This document shows positions 12,712 to 26,773 of a stretch of 64,000 nucleotides of DNA, one piece after another. Origin of the DNA: Paraphysomonas bandaiensis (Eukaryota > Protista > Chrysophyceae); contig CBFFRP010000429.1 in NCBI GenBank assembly GCA_965644295.1, forward strand, positions 1-64,000. Reading direction: 5' to 3'. The position numbers were made by a program, and so were the translations under genes. The notes beneath the pieces are model-generated. The model saw nothing but the letters and a program-made list of their open reading frames with translations. It was not told the origin of the DNA and did not search any database. The stretch's first letter is position 1; each line of letters begins with the position of its first letter.

Positions 12712-13357
12712 TTCTGGTGTTCAGCTGTGGTGTATATTTTTGTGCGTTTTTGATTCCTTGAACTGGTAATCTCTATGGTTTTGGGTAGAGGATACGTAGT
12801 TCATATATTTTGAAAAGTTTTGATGAAATTTACGTCATTTTACTGATATATAGGAAAAGTAACGTAATTCATGACAATTTTGAAGGTATTGCATTGCAAA
12901 TTGTGTTGATAATGTACTGACTCTAAGTTGTAACGACAAAATTTAGCCTGTTTTAATTCTTGTTACTCGAGTAGCGAGTAGGAGTGTCAAAAAAAGTGAA
13001 ATGATTTTTATGCTCGCCTGCGCTCTACCTGATTGAGGTCCATTTAGCCTTGATTTGCTTCGCGCACATCTAATATTGACCTTCTAACATGCATAGCTTT
13101 CCTACTCTGCCATAGAATATTTAAAGAATGGCTTCTGTTAGTTGCACTGCATATTCTAGTTGTCTAATGTACAATGTACTAATGTATAATCTAAATATCG
13201 CTTGTTAGAGAGGTACGAATAACTAAAACAGAAGCCGCGTATAAAGGAATCGAAAGACTCTAAGTTCTTCGTAACACGTTTATTATGGCTATATGCTGTA
13301 CACTGTACAATACACTATATCTAGAGTTACAAATTAATTCACTGTACACAAAAGAAG

Positions 13358-16300
13358 TCAATAGCTGATATCTACGACGGATGTGTTCGTCAAACTGACG
13401 AGAACCCGTAGAAGTTTATTGAAGGGATAAAAAAAGTCATGCGCTAGAGCTGCAGCACTATCGTTAAGTTCAATTACATCTTTCCTGAGAGGAAGTTTTC
13501 CGATGAGATCCTCTGCAGTACATAGAGTGAGAACGACCTCTCTCAAATCAACTTGCAAACTATACACCACATATCAACGTAAACATGCTCTGCTCACCAG
13601 TTTTATGCAATTCAGCATGTAAGACGCCGTCGTAATCGTGCACTCCGATGAATCTACGCACAGAATCATGAAGCACTGACACATATACTTTGAACGAGGT
13701 GAAAAGCACACAAAATGATATAAAATTATTCCTGCCTATTTAACAGACTGATTACCGGTATACACTGTTTAGGACGGATCCAACTGCTAGTCTTATTTGC
13801 TTTCGACTGCCACCACTTGGGTTTTTACTCGATAGGTGTAGACTCTCAGTAGGTACTACCAGCACGTTGTGTCGGCCTAATTGTTTCATCCAATGAACAA
13901 TCGCTGCATGTGTACTCCATTTAAAATAACATTCAACAAAACAATCAGTTGGCACCTGGAAAATACAACGAATTCTGGATCATGGTTAGGGAAAGGCGGT
14001 CTTTCCGATTTTGTGGATTAAATCCATTGTGATACGCGTCTACCACAGATTCTATGGGATTTCTCGATATACCTTTATCCAAAATGGAAGAGTCTTTGCA
14101 ATCAGAGGTACTTAAATAAACATGAATCGGATGATTGCACATAATAGACGATAAGAATGTATTTCCCACAACACTATCGTTCAATCCCATCTACATGAAT
14201 ATATCGTAAATCGTATGTGATAGTCACTTTTTGCCGACATACTTCCCACCTGTGACATATGAAGAGCGTCAACAGCCTTCACAGCTGCATTCCTTAAGTT
14301 GTGCACAAGGTGGTTGTCTGCACAAGCATCCATTTATATACATTATACATTAAGTTCAAAGTATGATACTAATATACAATATTCAAAATGTAATTTAGAG
14401 TGAAGTATCACTACTACACTGAGACTAATTACCAGGTCTAAGTGCCCAGTGTACAGCTTCACTTGCTGTCATTAAACCTTCCTTCTTACACTCCCCGATA
14501 GAGAATTTGTAGTGAGACAAAAGTCGAGTAATTGGGTTTCGCACCACAAAAATAGCCTTAATATCTGGGTTATCCCTATATTTACGACAAATTACACACA
14601 ATGGAAGCTTTCGTCATTGACTATGACTGCTACGCACAAGTAACGATAGAGAAAACAATATCGGTTGCTGTTAACACATACCTGAGAAACATAGCGGGTG
14701 TTCTCACTCCAGAAGCATAGTATACTGTCGCATCCCCGAACTTATACTGCGCCTGAAATAACACACATATCACGAACTACCACAGAGCAATCGCAAATCA
14801 AACGCCTCGCATGCCAGTATCAAGACAACATAATCTGATGATACCTCATTTTTTTCCACAAAAGGAAAACAGTCTAGCCTGCTCTGTGGATGCACCGGCG
14901 GTTCCCTAAATATATAAATTCAGAACCACACAGCTTCGATCGAAGCAATCTAAAAGGTTTTGTCCACATCTAATAAAAAACGTATATCACGCCCACAATG
15001 CATATAACAATTCATAACATTGGAGTACAAGTCAGCACGGTATCTACTCACTGGTTTACTCGTTGAGGTAAATAACAACCGGTTTCTGATATTAGTTAGT
15101 ACTAGAATCATGGTATTAACTATCATACACACCTTTGAAGCGCACCCCACGAAGTGCATGAAGAACCTAGAGTAAACGTCAAGCAGGAAACATATAAAAC
15201 CACAAAAAGGCATCGTAGTTAACAGGTTAACCCCAATCAATAGAACGAGAATAATGCTATATATAAAACTAGTACCAGGGGATGACGTATGAGAGACTCA
15301 TAAAGAAAAGATGACGCAGATTTCATAAAGCCTAAAAAATAGTTTATTTTTATCGAAGTATATTAACTTTGTCACTACATATATACCTGGCATAACGAAA
15401 GAAATGGAGCATGACAATGACGCGCGCCCCCTGCTACCCCATACATGTCTTAGAATAAACAAAATTGGAGCCAATTTTACACCAGTTAACACATATAGTA
15501 CGCAGCAACGCACCGCTCGAGTAAACAACTCGCCATTACCACAAAGTATACTTACATTCCTGGCGCGGAGAGTGGATGATACCCCCGTGGAGAAGACTCA
15601 TAGTAAGGGTGGCAAACTGGTCCCCCAGAACTGTCCTGTGATGAAATACAAATTAGTCTATACTTGGCGGTGAGATAGTTGTAAACGGGACCTTTGATAA
15701 GTTGGAATACGCCCGTATGCCTTTGATCAGCCGTCCCTGCATTATCAATGCGAAATGTCCTATCATCGTTTCTGCATTCCACAATGATATTACGATTTAA
15801 CATAACCAAATGATTCACCCAACTCACAATCCTAATAGCATATAAACATATATACTACACTACCCACATATGTATCACCTTTCGAAGGAACTATCCAGTC
15901 GGTGTTGGCATCTTCAGGAAGCAATCCACAACCGAGGTCACAACCCATCCACAATATTGATGTGGGGATGACAGTTCCATCATTGTAATGTGATAACGAG
16001 CTAGCATACATCCCCAGGGTAGAAGAGCGAATGTCGTTGGATGAAATACTATTACCAACATCTTGAAGCCAGAAATTTCGTGCTAAATTCGACTCCCAGT
16101 AAAAATTTCCAACTGTACTATACTTTTCATCACCTATTGAATGTGCATGAATGTGTGAGATATAATCTCAAATCCTACGTCGTATTTACCGCGAATAGAT
16201 TTCAGTTGATTAGCCACGGAATGCTCGGTAAAGCAATCTTCAATCGCTCGCTGTGTACACATCGAAAAATATTAGGCATCAAAGTAGCACTGCAATCATA

Positions 16301-17812
16301 ACTCAAATATAGGGAATGCAGTAAGGTAGAGTAAAATTAAAATATTATTCCCCAGCACAAACCTGAATGCATAACGCCCCACCAGTTTCTTCCCCCTCGG
16401 CTTTCACACACTCCACCAGACCACTTTTACTAGAAGATAAAGTACCACCCTCATATTTTTTCAACATACATATCAATAAATTGCGGTGGGTAACAGCATC
16501 CCCATCTCGCTGCCTAAAAACCATCAGAGTTGACGTATGACAGTGACGTGGCTTGTCAACACTAGTGATACTCGATCGAGGGGAGTCAAGACTAGACACC
16601 GGAAACATACGTACAGGACGAGAAATTGACGTCTCTTCATCTACTCATATCATAATTAACTGAGTTCATACTTCGGTAAAACCTACCGCTTGAGTTGACA
16701 TAGCATGTTGTGTGTATAGAATATCCCGTATGTATATTTACTAGAAGGGGTCGCAGATGTACCCAAGAAAAATCAGTGAAAACTCCACCAGCAGCCTTGT
16801 AATTTAAGATATGAACACATTGAATTTGAGTTATACAGACATAACACGAAATTCCCACGTCACAAATAACATTAATAACACCATGAGAATAGATGCGACA
16901 ACTACCACAACTGGTACTTACATTTTTCAAAAGTTTCTGAAGCCTTACGAAGAAAAAGACATGGTATGGTGGCACCTATCCCACGATTAGAGTTATGTAT
17001 TTTAATATCATGCTGTGAGCAATATAGAGAGAGGGGTGACAACATAACCCTCCAAACAAAACATTAAAAAAAACATATTCTTTCAACAGCACCGATTTTT
17101 CCTTTAGTGATTGAACTCCTTTCATTTCACAGTAGAGAGACCTCATTTCTTCCCAATAGTTAGCCCCAATTAAATTCTTAGTCGATTTGAAATTTGCCAC
17201 TATATCAGCTCGCATGGAGTAGCCTCGTTTCAAATACTTTTCAAACGTGTGTTTGCTGTCGAAATGAAATGTAAGGGAAAGGGTAGTGTATAAAAACTAT
17301 CGTGACCTCATTAAACTGCCAAGTTTATAATAATTAGCAGTGTTCGGTCCGATAATCGTAAACTCGAATTTTGCTTTGGGATACGCGACAAGTGCAGACT
17401 CCAGAGACTTAAAATTCAAATATGTGAATTTGTAACTCTCGGTTGTCCAATCCAAGTATATCGTTCCGCTATAGCTAGAAGCATCTTTTAGCGCACTGGT
17501 GTCTGAACGTTGTGGGACTCCAGTAGTTCTATGCTGTGAAGTGTTATCGAAGAGAATGCTAATATGGGATGTACGATTCAGTCTCTCATCAGACAACGAC
17601 ACGCCTAGCTGAGCTCTATTCGTCTTAGATATCGTATCAGAGACGCCGAGCTGATAATCTGATACATTGGAATAAGCCTCTATAATCGCCATGTTAGAAG
17701 CATGCGCGTCACCCGGCGCATGATTGAAATACACGACCGGAAAGAAGAATGAGACGAGCACCACAACAGCGATAGCAGCGACCACGACACAACGAATGCG
17801 CATCTTCTTCAT
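13358..17812 (-). CDS. Type II membrane protein: GT32-like glycosyltransferase region fused to a PAPS-dependent sulfotransferase domain, multi-exon
   Basis: N-terminal signal anchor. GT32-like SLESALVAYP and HVFFFVRLQKLLKN|GGVFTDFSW. Sulfotransferase motifs FVMPG|FMKSASSFLYESLIRHP (5'-PSB), FGDATVYY, DIKAIFVVRNPITRLLSHY (3'-PB), NSLYFP and DFFYPFNKLL. Confidence 0.7.
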
Positions 17813-19379
17813 TGACGATCTGAATGAAATTGAAGTCTAATCAACTGTCTATAAGGGCCGCTTGATCTCTCGATGTATGTATGTATGTATGTGTGTGTGT
17901 GTGTTATGAGACACTGCAGCCGATTAGAGTATGAGAGCAGACGATAGCAACAATCAACACACGCTCTGAGGGGTTCATATTACCACCAACCAAACGAGAT
18001 CAGAGAGTGTTCTCGAGTCATGTCATATGGCTGTGGGAAGATATCTGTGAGGCTCAATACATGCCTGGTTAAGGTGCGGGCCACTGCATCTCCACACCAC
18101 ACTGCATACAGCACTCCTCTCCACACTCAAACCTGGGGTTTTGGGATTTTATCGAGGTTTTTAGGACGGTTTTCTGGAGTTTCTACAGCAGTATTCCCAA
18201 TACTTGACTTTACGCATACACTGTTTTCCTTAACGGTCACGAGTGTCCAACAGACAAGCAGACATGATCAGATGAGGCAAACATGATACTGCTGTGCTGC
18301 AGCAGTTACCTTACAAATGAAGTCATGACATATGCGCTTCGTGGACCGAGAGATTCAAGACACCCTGTCTGCCATTGGAAGCACAATTATCGGAACAGCT
18401 CAGACATGATCTGGATATGGCAGTTGTGCGCTCGTTGCAAGAACAACAACATATACTATCGCAGTAGAGATGAAAGTGTTCAAGAGCGATACGATCGTAC
18501 GTGTTGGGTGAGGATGGAATGAGAAGTTCTTGTGTCGTATTCAGAAAGGCAATGCAAGTATGCATAAATGTATTTGCACTATATTTAATCAAAATGATGT
18601 GCTTGCGAGCCCACAGGTTTTGAAACTGATGAAGGGCACTCAGAGAGGTCCTCGACGAACACAATAAAGAAGTGTATACTGTCATGCTGTTGACTGATGG
18701 TATTCATGCAGAAACTAATGGTATAAATTATAAATGAAGCCACTTCTTGCTGTCGTCATAAAGGCAATGCCCCACCTGACGCTATTTCTTGCGTAGACTC
18801 TGATAATGTGAGCGAGGTTAAATGATGTATCAGATTTTCCAGAAGAAAATTCAACTATCATATACTGTTCTATATATCTGTTACCTCTACAATGGGTTTG
18901 TTCCATAGTATAGCTTTTTACATGAAAGCATAACGACAGTTTTACATCAATTGAATTTAGACTAGATATCTACCAGATCATACTATTCGCTAGGATTAGA
19001 TTACCCATATCACCATTGTGAGCCCTATTCCAATTTTCTGGAACTAAGGTATGAGGACTGAGTAATGCACTTAAGAAATTATGTTTTCAAAAGAAATTGT
19101 GTCATATTGTACTTATAACATCATCCGGTAACTGCTATGTAAATAATACGCTATTTCAAATGAAGAGTATTTCAGAAATCTATCAGCCCTGAACATGTTC
19201 AGAGTGCAGCTCAATGGTTCTGACAAAAACAAACTCGTCCTCGCACACACTCCATCTAATACTTGGGTTTAATCATAATATACAAAGATATCAAAGTCAC
19301 AATTAAGGTAGCGCATAATAACACGCCACCAAACGCATTCGCATAATCACATAAACTAAACACTTCAAGTGTAATGCAT

Positions 19380-22300
19380 TCAATCATCTTCAAAATCATC
19401 GTCGCCATAATCTTCCTCATCGAAGTCTTCATCACCATACTCATCTTCAGCATAGTCGTCCTCATCTTCCTCGGTCTCACATTGATTTCCCTGGGGCTTG
19501 GCCTCCTCGTCATGTGTTGTAGGCGACTCTTTAGTGGGGCTAGCAGCAGGAGATGTTAATAGATCTTCCCCATATAAGTGTGATGTCTGGTGAAGCACGG
19601 CAGGACTGGAAGGCTCACTCACAATCTTCAGTGATCCACATGTGCTGTTATATTCAGATAATGCTCCTGATGATTGCCTACTATAGTCACCCCTTCGTCT
19701 ATTAGGTAGATCTGCTGTATTTTCCTTGTCGCGAGATATTGAATCATTCTGTCCATGACCGACTACATGTGAACTGTCTGTATCCTTGTCACTAGCTGAT
19801 TCATTCGTAGAACTCGACCGACCTGGGCTATGGCTGCGAATGACACTGGCAGGGCTGTTAGAATCTGGTTCTACTGTTTTATTTTTCACTGGGCTTGTGC
19901 TAGCATTTTGCCCTTTATTTTCCGTAAATGCCCCGTCACTATCTTTGAGTTTATTTGACATTGTGAGCGACTGACTAAGCCCTTGAAGCTGTTCAGATAT
20001 TTGGACCTCAAGTTGCATATCCTGAACCTGAATCATATTGCCGTTAAGATTGCGTATTGAGTAAGACCATTACACCACCAACACAGCGTTACCAAGCAGG
20101 AAGTGTAATTCGTACCTCTTCCTCGAGAGCTTCTAAGCTAGCCCACTTGTCGGGTGTAGCTTTGTCCGGATTGCGTTCAATATCCTATATACCAGATGCA
20201 TATTAGGATATTCATTACTATGTAGCATTATAATTACGAACCAGTCGCTTAGCCTTCAGCTGAGCTTGCATACGAGTTAATTTATCTCTCACGCTATTCA
20301 CAGAAGATTTTAACTCTTCTGATGATATTGCATGTTGGTCGGTCGGATTATCTGCGCATCAGGTAAACAACCACGGCAAGAGTTTATTGATAGCGCTACA
20401 TACTTTCTTGTTGCCTGTGTCGAACACTACCAACAGGTGGACTCTTACTGCTGATCTTTGGCAAGTATGTGTCATCCTCTTGTTTCCAAGAAGGTGCCGA
20501 AGAAACTTTCTCTCGTGGCGGTGGAACAGTGAGTGCAGGTAATGACGACGACGACGGATGCTTCGAGCCATGTTTATCACGCGACATATTGTTGCGTTTC
20601 TGCTTTATATGCGCTGGTGTACAAACATATCACCAAACAAGGTGGAATAAAAATAACAAAATATTCATTGTAACTACAAATATAACATCAACTCTTCCAT
20701 GCTGCACACACACACAGAAAATGGTCACATACCTAAGTAAGGATTCGGTCCGTCATATTTTTTTATTTGCGGCCTCCCAGATCCAACTTTAATGTGAAAC
20801 TGAGGAGCGCTTGTAGTTCCTATTTTCTTCTTCTTCGGCTTCGCTTTCTTCTCTGACCTCATTTCTACTTTTTGCTTCAATGGTCGTCCGTGTATATCAT
20901 AGTCAGATACTATCCTCCGTCCATTACCGGACGGCTTGAGATCTGGAACTTTCCAGCGGGGGGATGAACTACATCCATGACGACAGTAAATATGGATACA
21001 AAAACTTAATTTATATACACTACAAATTTAAATAGCAGCAAGCTGCAAGAGTAATACCTTCCGTTCCGTTTAATTTTTTTCACGCCACTCGCCGGTGCTT
21101 TATCTCGCTGGCTCAGAACCGGCACGTATTTGTCCGGGTCAATAGTAGGCGATACAGATGCAGCAATATCGTCATTCGATAACTTCGCCTTGGCATTCAG
21201 ACTATCCGTGCTCTAAAAATATAAGGTAATGATACTCTTAAGCTACATAGTTGACACTCTACACCTTTGACAATCGTATTGTTGAGGACTCTTTCTCGTC
21301 ACTATCATTATTCGGAATATCTTTCGGCATTGCCATATTAGAGGTGATAGGGGACTGAATTTCGCTAGTTGTAAGGCTCACTCGAAGCTTTTTATTTTCA
21401 AATTTAAGTCGTTTAATTTCTTCTCTAAGTTCCATGATGAGCTTTTCTTGTGGATCCAGAAATCGCACAGGGCGATTGCGAATTCGAGCAGCAGACATAG
21501 AAAATTTCAGGGTACGCAATGTTTCATTCGTTGCCCCAGATGATTCTGAAACGCAAGATATCATCATCGTGCGCGATACTCCCCCCAGGCTATTGATAAG
21601 AAGCTTTGTTAACTTGCTATCACGGAACGGTACCTGTACATACAAGTACAATAACAAGATAGTCTACAATACATTCGACGTCTACTCACTTCTTTTTTGT
21701 GCTGAGCACCATGTGACTTTGACATTCCCGCAATGACTTTACCAAGCACATACAGCGATCTATTAATACTTCCTGCTTCTTGAAGGACCTTCCCAGAGCT
21801 TTTAGTGTCCTTCAATCTCTCACTACCGGCTAGATCCACGAAGGTCATACGCCCCATAACAGTGTATTCTCTATCATCTTCCATATCATCATATAACCCA
21901 CCCATTCCTGGCACATTCTCGACATTGTTTCCACGCAAGTGAGCACCCTGACCTGGTAAGTCAATAAACACCTCTGTGATAAAGTGGGACCTATTCGAGC
22001 GGAGGTTGTAGTCATGGGAGCCAATTTGACGGTTCCGCAGAGCTTTCTCGATTGTTTTGCATGCCGCACGTACTGTTGAGCACGGGACTATTAAACAACC
22101 CTCCACAAAAAACCCATCAGTTGGATGTTCTCGAAGTGGAAGTGACGATCTATCTCTTTCATCAGTCAACAGATCGTAAATATGCTCCTGGTAGAGCTCT
22201 AAACATGATATACGTACAGTATACTCGACATTCAAACTCGACAATTTAGAGAACAAATACACTAAGGAACGGCCAATTATTCCTCCACCATCTCCACCAC

Positions 22301-22685
22301 AGTCTAAATGTGAAGACGATCCCACGACAGTATGTGTCTTGCCTACACGATATATTAAACGTTAGTCACTACCAGAGGAATAAGGATAGGAGAATACACC
22401 TGCCCCTGTCTGGCCATAGGCGAAAGCACAACTTCGAAACCCCCCAACAGCAGAATCAAGAAGATTTATTATTCCACAAGAATTAAAGAATTGTTCTTGA
22501 GTTGTTTTCCCCGAAAATACACGACTACACCGAAACGCCTGAGCTTCCTTCTCGTTTAAACGAAGAAGAACTTCCTTTTCGTTATTAGTGGCCTGTACAC
22601 AGCACACCTCTCCTTTCTTCTTCTCGCGGGAGTTAAGAGGTCGAGAACGAACCACGACTTGTATGTTCTCTTCCTTATCGTTCAT
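19380..22685 (-). CDS. Kinesin motor protein (N-terminal motor, coiled coil, acidic tail; KIF12/kinesin-16-like)
   Basis: NIQVVVRSRP, AYGQTGAG|KTHT P-loop, LELYQEHIYDLL, NLRSNRSH, FVDLAGSER, VPFRDSKLTKLL, ETLRTLKFS..ARIRNRP. Confidence 0.95.
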
Positions 22686-23303
22686 TTGGGCGTCTGTTTA
22701 TATGAACTGAAACAGTGACAGATACACACAAAGAAACACAAACAGAGAGATGCTAGCAGCCTTTACAGACACTCTCCGTCACAGTTAGTTACAGTTACTG
22801 TAGGCAATATACCAAGATAACGGAGTCAGTCAGATGTCTGTGACAGTGTTCCGCGCCTCCTTTAAATAGAATCATAACGGTACGAAACATACACACAGCA
22901 GCATACGAGGAGCTGCCTGTACGGGTACATACAGAGACATGGCGGTGTACATATACATACATACACACTGAGATGGACCGGTGGAGGTATACCGTATACT
23001 GGTATACGGGGACTACAAGATCCTGCTGTGTGAAGAAACGGCAGATTATCAGGAGCAGCAGATCGACCGTAGAATACAGCAGTATGGCTCTGTATAATAC
23101 AGTCTGGATATGATGCACAGCAGTGCAGTGCAGTGGATTGCATGCATGGGCAGGACAGGACTGCATAGATACGCCTAGCCGACAGCATTGCATCAAGAGC
23201 TTGCTTGACAACACACTGACACTGTTCCACTCTCTCACCTCTTATCACTTGCACGTTCCAAGGAGTGGAGGATAGTTTCCCTTGAGCTGGTTCGTATTAC
23301 ATC

Positions 23304-24445
23304 ATGATTGGGTCGTTCGCCGCCTTCGATCATGAGTCAGAGGTGGGTATCGAGAGCAAGTATGTTACGCTATCCGCCTATGCTATGATTATATTTGCAG
23401 TTGCAGCCCTCATTCTTGAGGAGTTGGGGATAAGTGTGCCTTATGGGCGTTACTCTGAATCCTTAGGCAAGGGATGGGGGTATAAAGTACCCGCAAGGTT
23501 GGCGTGGGTTTTGATGGAGGCCCCCAACACCATTATATTCATAGCAATGCTTTATATGGCACACAGCAAATGCATTCATAGTACACCGAATTTGGTTCTA
23601 GCTTCTTTATTTTTAATTCACTACATTCATCGTGGGTTTATATTTCCGCTTCGAATGGCACCAACGGGGGCTCCGATGCCAATTGCGGTGCGTGAAATAG
23701 CTCATAAAGATTTTCTTAATAAGACCATTAGGTTATGATGATAGCACTTCTTTATTGCTCATGGAATGCTACCATGCAGAGCTTTTATTTATTCCGGACA
23801 CATATATATAAGTAAGTGAATTACGATATCGGGTCATACATTTTCCGATATACATGAAATCGTACTTTCTATACCGTTCTTTTATCCTCATTCCTTTACA
23901 AGGATCTTACCGTTTATTTTTACCATAGAGATGATTGGATATACGATACTCGATTTGTGATAGGATGTTGTCTTTTTTTTCTGGGTTTGGCTTGCAATAT
24001 TCATGCGGACTCGACTCTGCTACGTTTGAAGGCTCAAAAAGAAAAGGAATCAAACCAGGGTTGTGCGGGAGGATATAAAATACCTTACGGAGGACTGTTT
24101 GAATATGTATCTTGTGCAAATTACAGTAAGTCTGGAAAATTTCACGTTTAAGAATAATATTAATATTTTGTATTATTGTAACACGTGTAATTATTCTTCA
24201 GGTGGTGAAATTATTGAATGGGTGGGATTTGCTATAGCTACTTGGTCTCTGCCTGGGCTGGCATTTGCTATAATGACTTTCTGCAACTTGGCACCTAGAG
24301 GCCATCAGGTGCTTTATGACGCATGAATATTGATGTATTGTCAAGATCTGTCTCACATTTCCTTGTGTAGCATCATAAGTGGTATTTGAAAAAGTTTGAA
24401 AACTATCCAAAAGATAGAAAAGCAATTATTCCTTTCATATGGTGA
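23304..24445 (+). CDS. SRD5A: 3-oxo-5-alpha-steroid 4-dehydrogenase (SRD5A1/DET2 family), multi-exon
   Basis: PYGRY, ARLAWVLMEAP, HYIHRGFIFP, NIHADSTL, YKIPYGGLFEYVSCANY..EIIEWVG, NLAPRG..HHKWY..YPKDRKAIIPFIW*. Confidence 0.93.
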
Positions 24446-25399
24446 ACATCTTTTTACTGATGCGGAAATGTTTGATCCAATTTCTGATGAGCTTTAAATT
24501 ACGAGGGAGTAGCAAATGCAAAAGTTTACGTATTCAATATATATATTAGTGTGTGCTACGCTTTCTGATCATGAATGTATCTGTCTCGATGCATTCCAAT
24601 ATTTAAGTGTTACTACAAATATTATGCTTTCACTTTCTACAACAGTAAACCCGGGCGGGATGTGACTAGCATTAACTAATCGATTTTCATTTGGTGAATT
24701 CCATCAATAGTCGCTATGTCATTAATGTGAAACTTATCCACACAGCTAGTGTGTCAGTATGTCACCACCAATAGATATCCAGATTGCAGATAACAATTTG
24801 CAGTGATCTAAATGCAATATAGTTATTCAATATAAAGTATACTCAACGAGCCTCATAATCCAAGCACATCTTAATAACAAAGGATGGAAACTGTGAAGGG
24901 TCACTACAAAACTGCAAAGCAAGGAGATTGTGTGGTTGTGTCGATTGTATGGTTGTATAAAATAGCCTTTTCTTTTTTTAGAAAACACGATTAGCATTAA
25001 AACGCGCCAAAAAATATGACTAGCATATATCATATATTCATTATATTATCTACAATCATTAATCGCTCTGTCATTAATATAACAACTATCGGTATGTGTA
25101 GTGTGTCAGTCTTCTATATGCAGTACTATTTAAATAGTATTACTGAATATGCTTATTGTTGAAGATGTGGAACTGATTTAGAAATGTTTCATATATATTG
25201 CCTTGATCCAGGTAGAGCTATGGGGTAGTTTGGCAAGTAAAAATCATCAATCCACTAGGAATTATACGTGCAATACGCAATACTATGCTAGACATATATA
25301 TATCATCCGCCCTCAACAATGTCGGACTCGAAACTTTTCGTGGTGTTCTGGATGATAAATACCGAAGAAAATTCTATATATATATAGAAAATTCGTGAG

Positions 25400-25867
25400 C
25401 ATATATAGGCTGCAGATATAGGATGCAGATATTGTTCTGCCCACTCAAATCCAAATGTTTGTGTGGTACAAGGGACACTACCAAGTGTCACTTGTGTAGT
25501 CGTCTTTGAGCCTTGACGAATAAACAGGTATCCTGGAAAAAGGGCTCACCTCAAGGGCATCCGAGGTATTGGGCTGCCTACTGAAGTCAAGCATCGGGCT
25601 CTAACAACCTTCTGAACTCAATCATCCGATGCCAAATCACTCATAAAACTACTCTGACCTCTAATAAAGAACATAGTCGAGGAAAATATTACTCACCCTG
25701 TCAAGTTACTTGAATTACCTAATCACGCTAGTTTTGGTCAAAGTAATAAATAATTCTAATACCTGTATTTTTATTAATCGGTGACTAGTAGGTGAATACC
25801 AAAAACACCTAGTCATTTTAGTCAACCTAGTCATTGTAAACTGACTGGATTTTGTGTGACTACACTG
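25400..25867 (+). mobile_element. Probable decayed Tc1/mariner-pogo-type DNA transposon end
   Basis: 25453-25521 is homologous to the reverse complement of 50297-50367. Clustered TGACTA/TAGTCA subterminal repeats lie at 25780-25862. The element ends in ...CACTG followed by TA. Confidence 0.4.
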
Positions 25868-26773
25868 TAATAAATTTCACGAAATCGACTATTCCAATAA
25901 TAGAACCCCATAATCCATTCACACCGATAACTCGTAGTATCAAGAGCTCGAGTTATCATTTTAACAATATAAATTCAAGTAATATTATGACATTTGAATG
26001 ACATATAACTGTATCTTGGCTTGGTTTATTTGTTGAGTTCTGCTATTTGAGAGCAATTGAAAGCTGTTTTTCAAAGATATTGACTTATGGCTGTTAATAG
26101 AAGAATACAGAAGTGGTTAACTGTAATATGAGAACTATTGTCATGATAGCAGTCATATTATTGAAACTGAAATATATTGACCGTCGTATAAGATCGTGAC
26201 ATCTAATATTTTATGGAAATGATTAGTAGTTAAGACAATATGAATTTGACGATTAGCAAGTAGTGATATTAATCGTAAGTTCTTATTTGTTACTATATCT
26301 TTCTAACTTATAATCTAAGCATAGAGTGAAAGTATGGTTCAGTTATGTCAATTTCCATCGTTATTTACATTTTAAACTAAATTGTACTATACTTTCATAT
26401 TTCAGCATACGCCTGTAGACTAAAGAGGGAGTAGTCTCAAGTTTATAGTATGTTTATAGGATGAATTATTAATGAGATATTCAATGCTGATAAAACACGC
26501 TAAAGCCACCGAAATTATGTACTGCAGTGATTTATAACTTATTACAGGCAACATAGCAAACAATATTCCTATTTATAATTAAATAGATCAACCGCTATTA
26601 AATGTATACATTAAAATATTCCTGGCGATACAAGTTTACGACATCATGTGACTAAAATAACAGAAAAACCATTCCATGAATAGGTTTTAACTTTTCAATT
26701 GATAATAAGTATTCGTAGTGCAATATATTTCGTCATACAGCATCCACTAGGTACCCTGTCAGACAGGAGAAAA

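Noticed and set aside
22795-23254. 130-147 aa ORFs in promoter spacers (similar ones at 47452 and 62373)
   Set aside because: Cys/Val/Tyr/His-rich products of alternating purine-pyrimidine sequence poor in stop codons; no domain signal.
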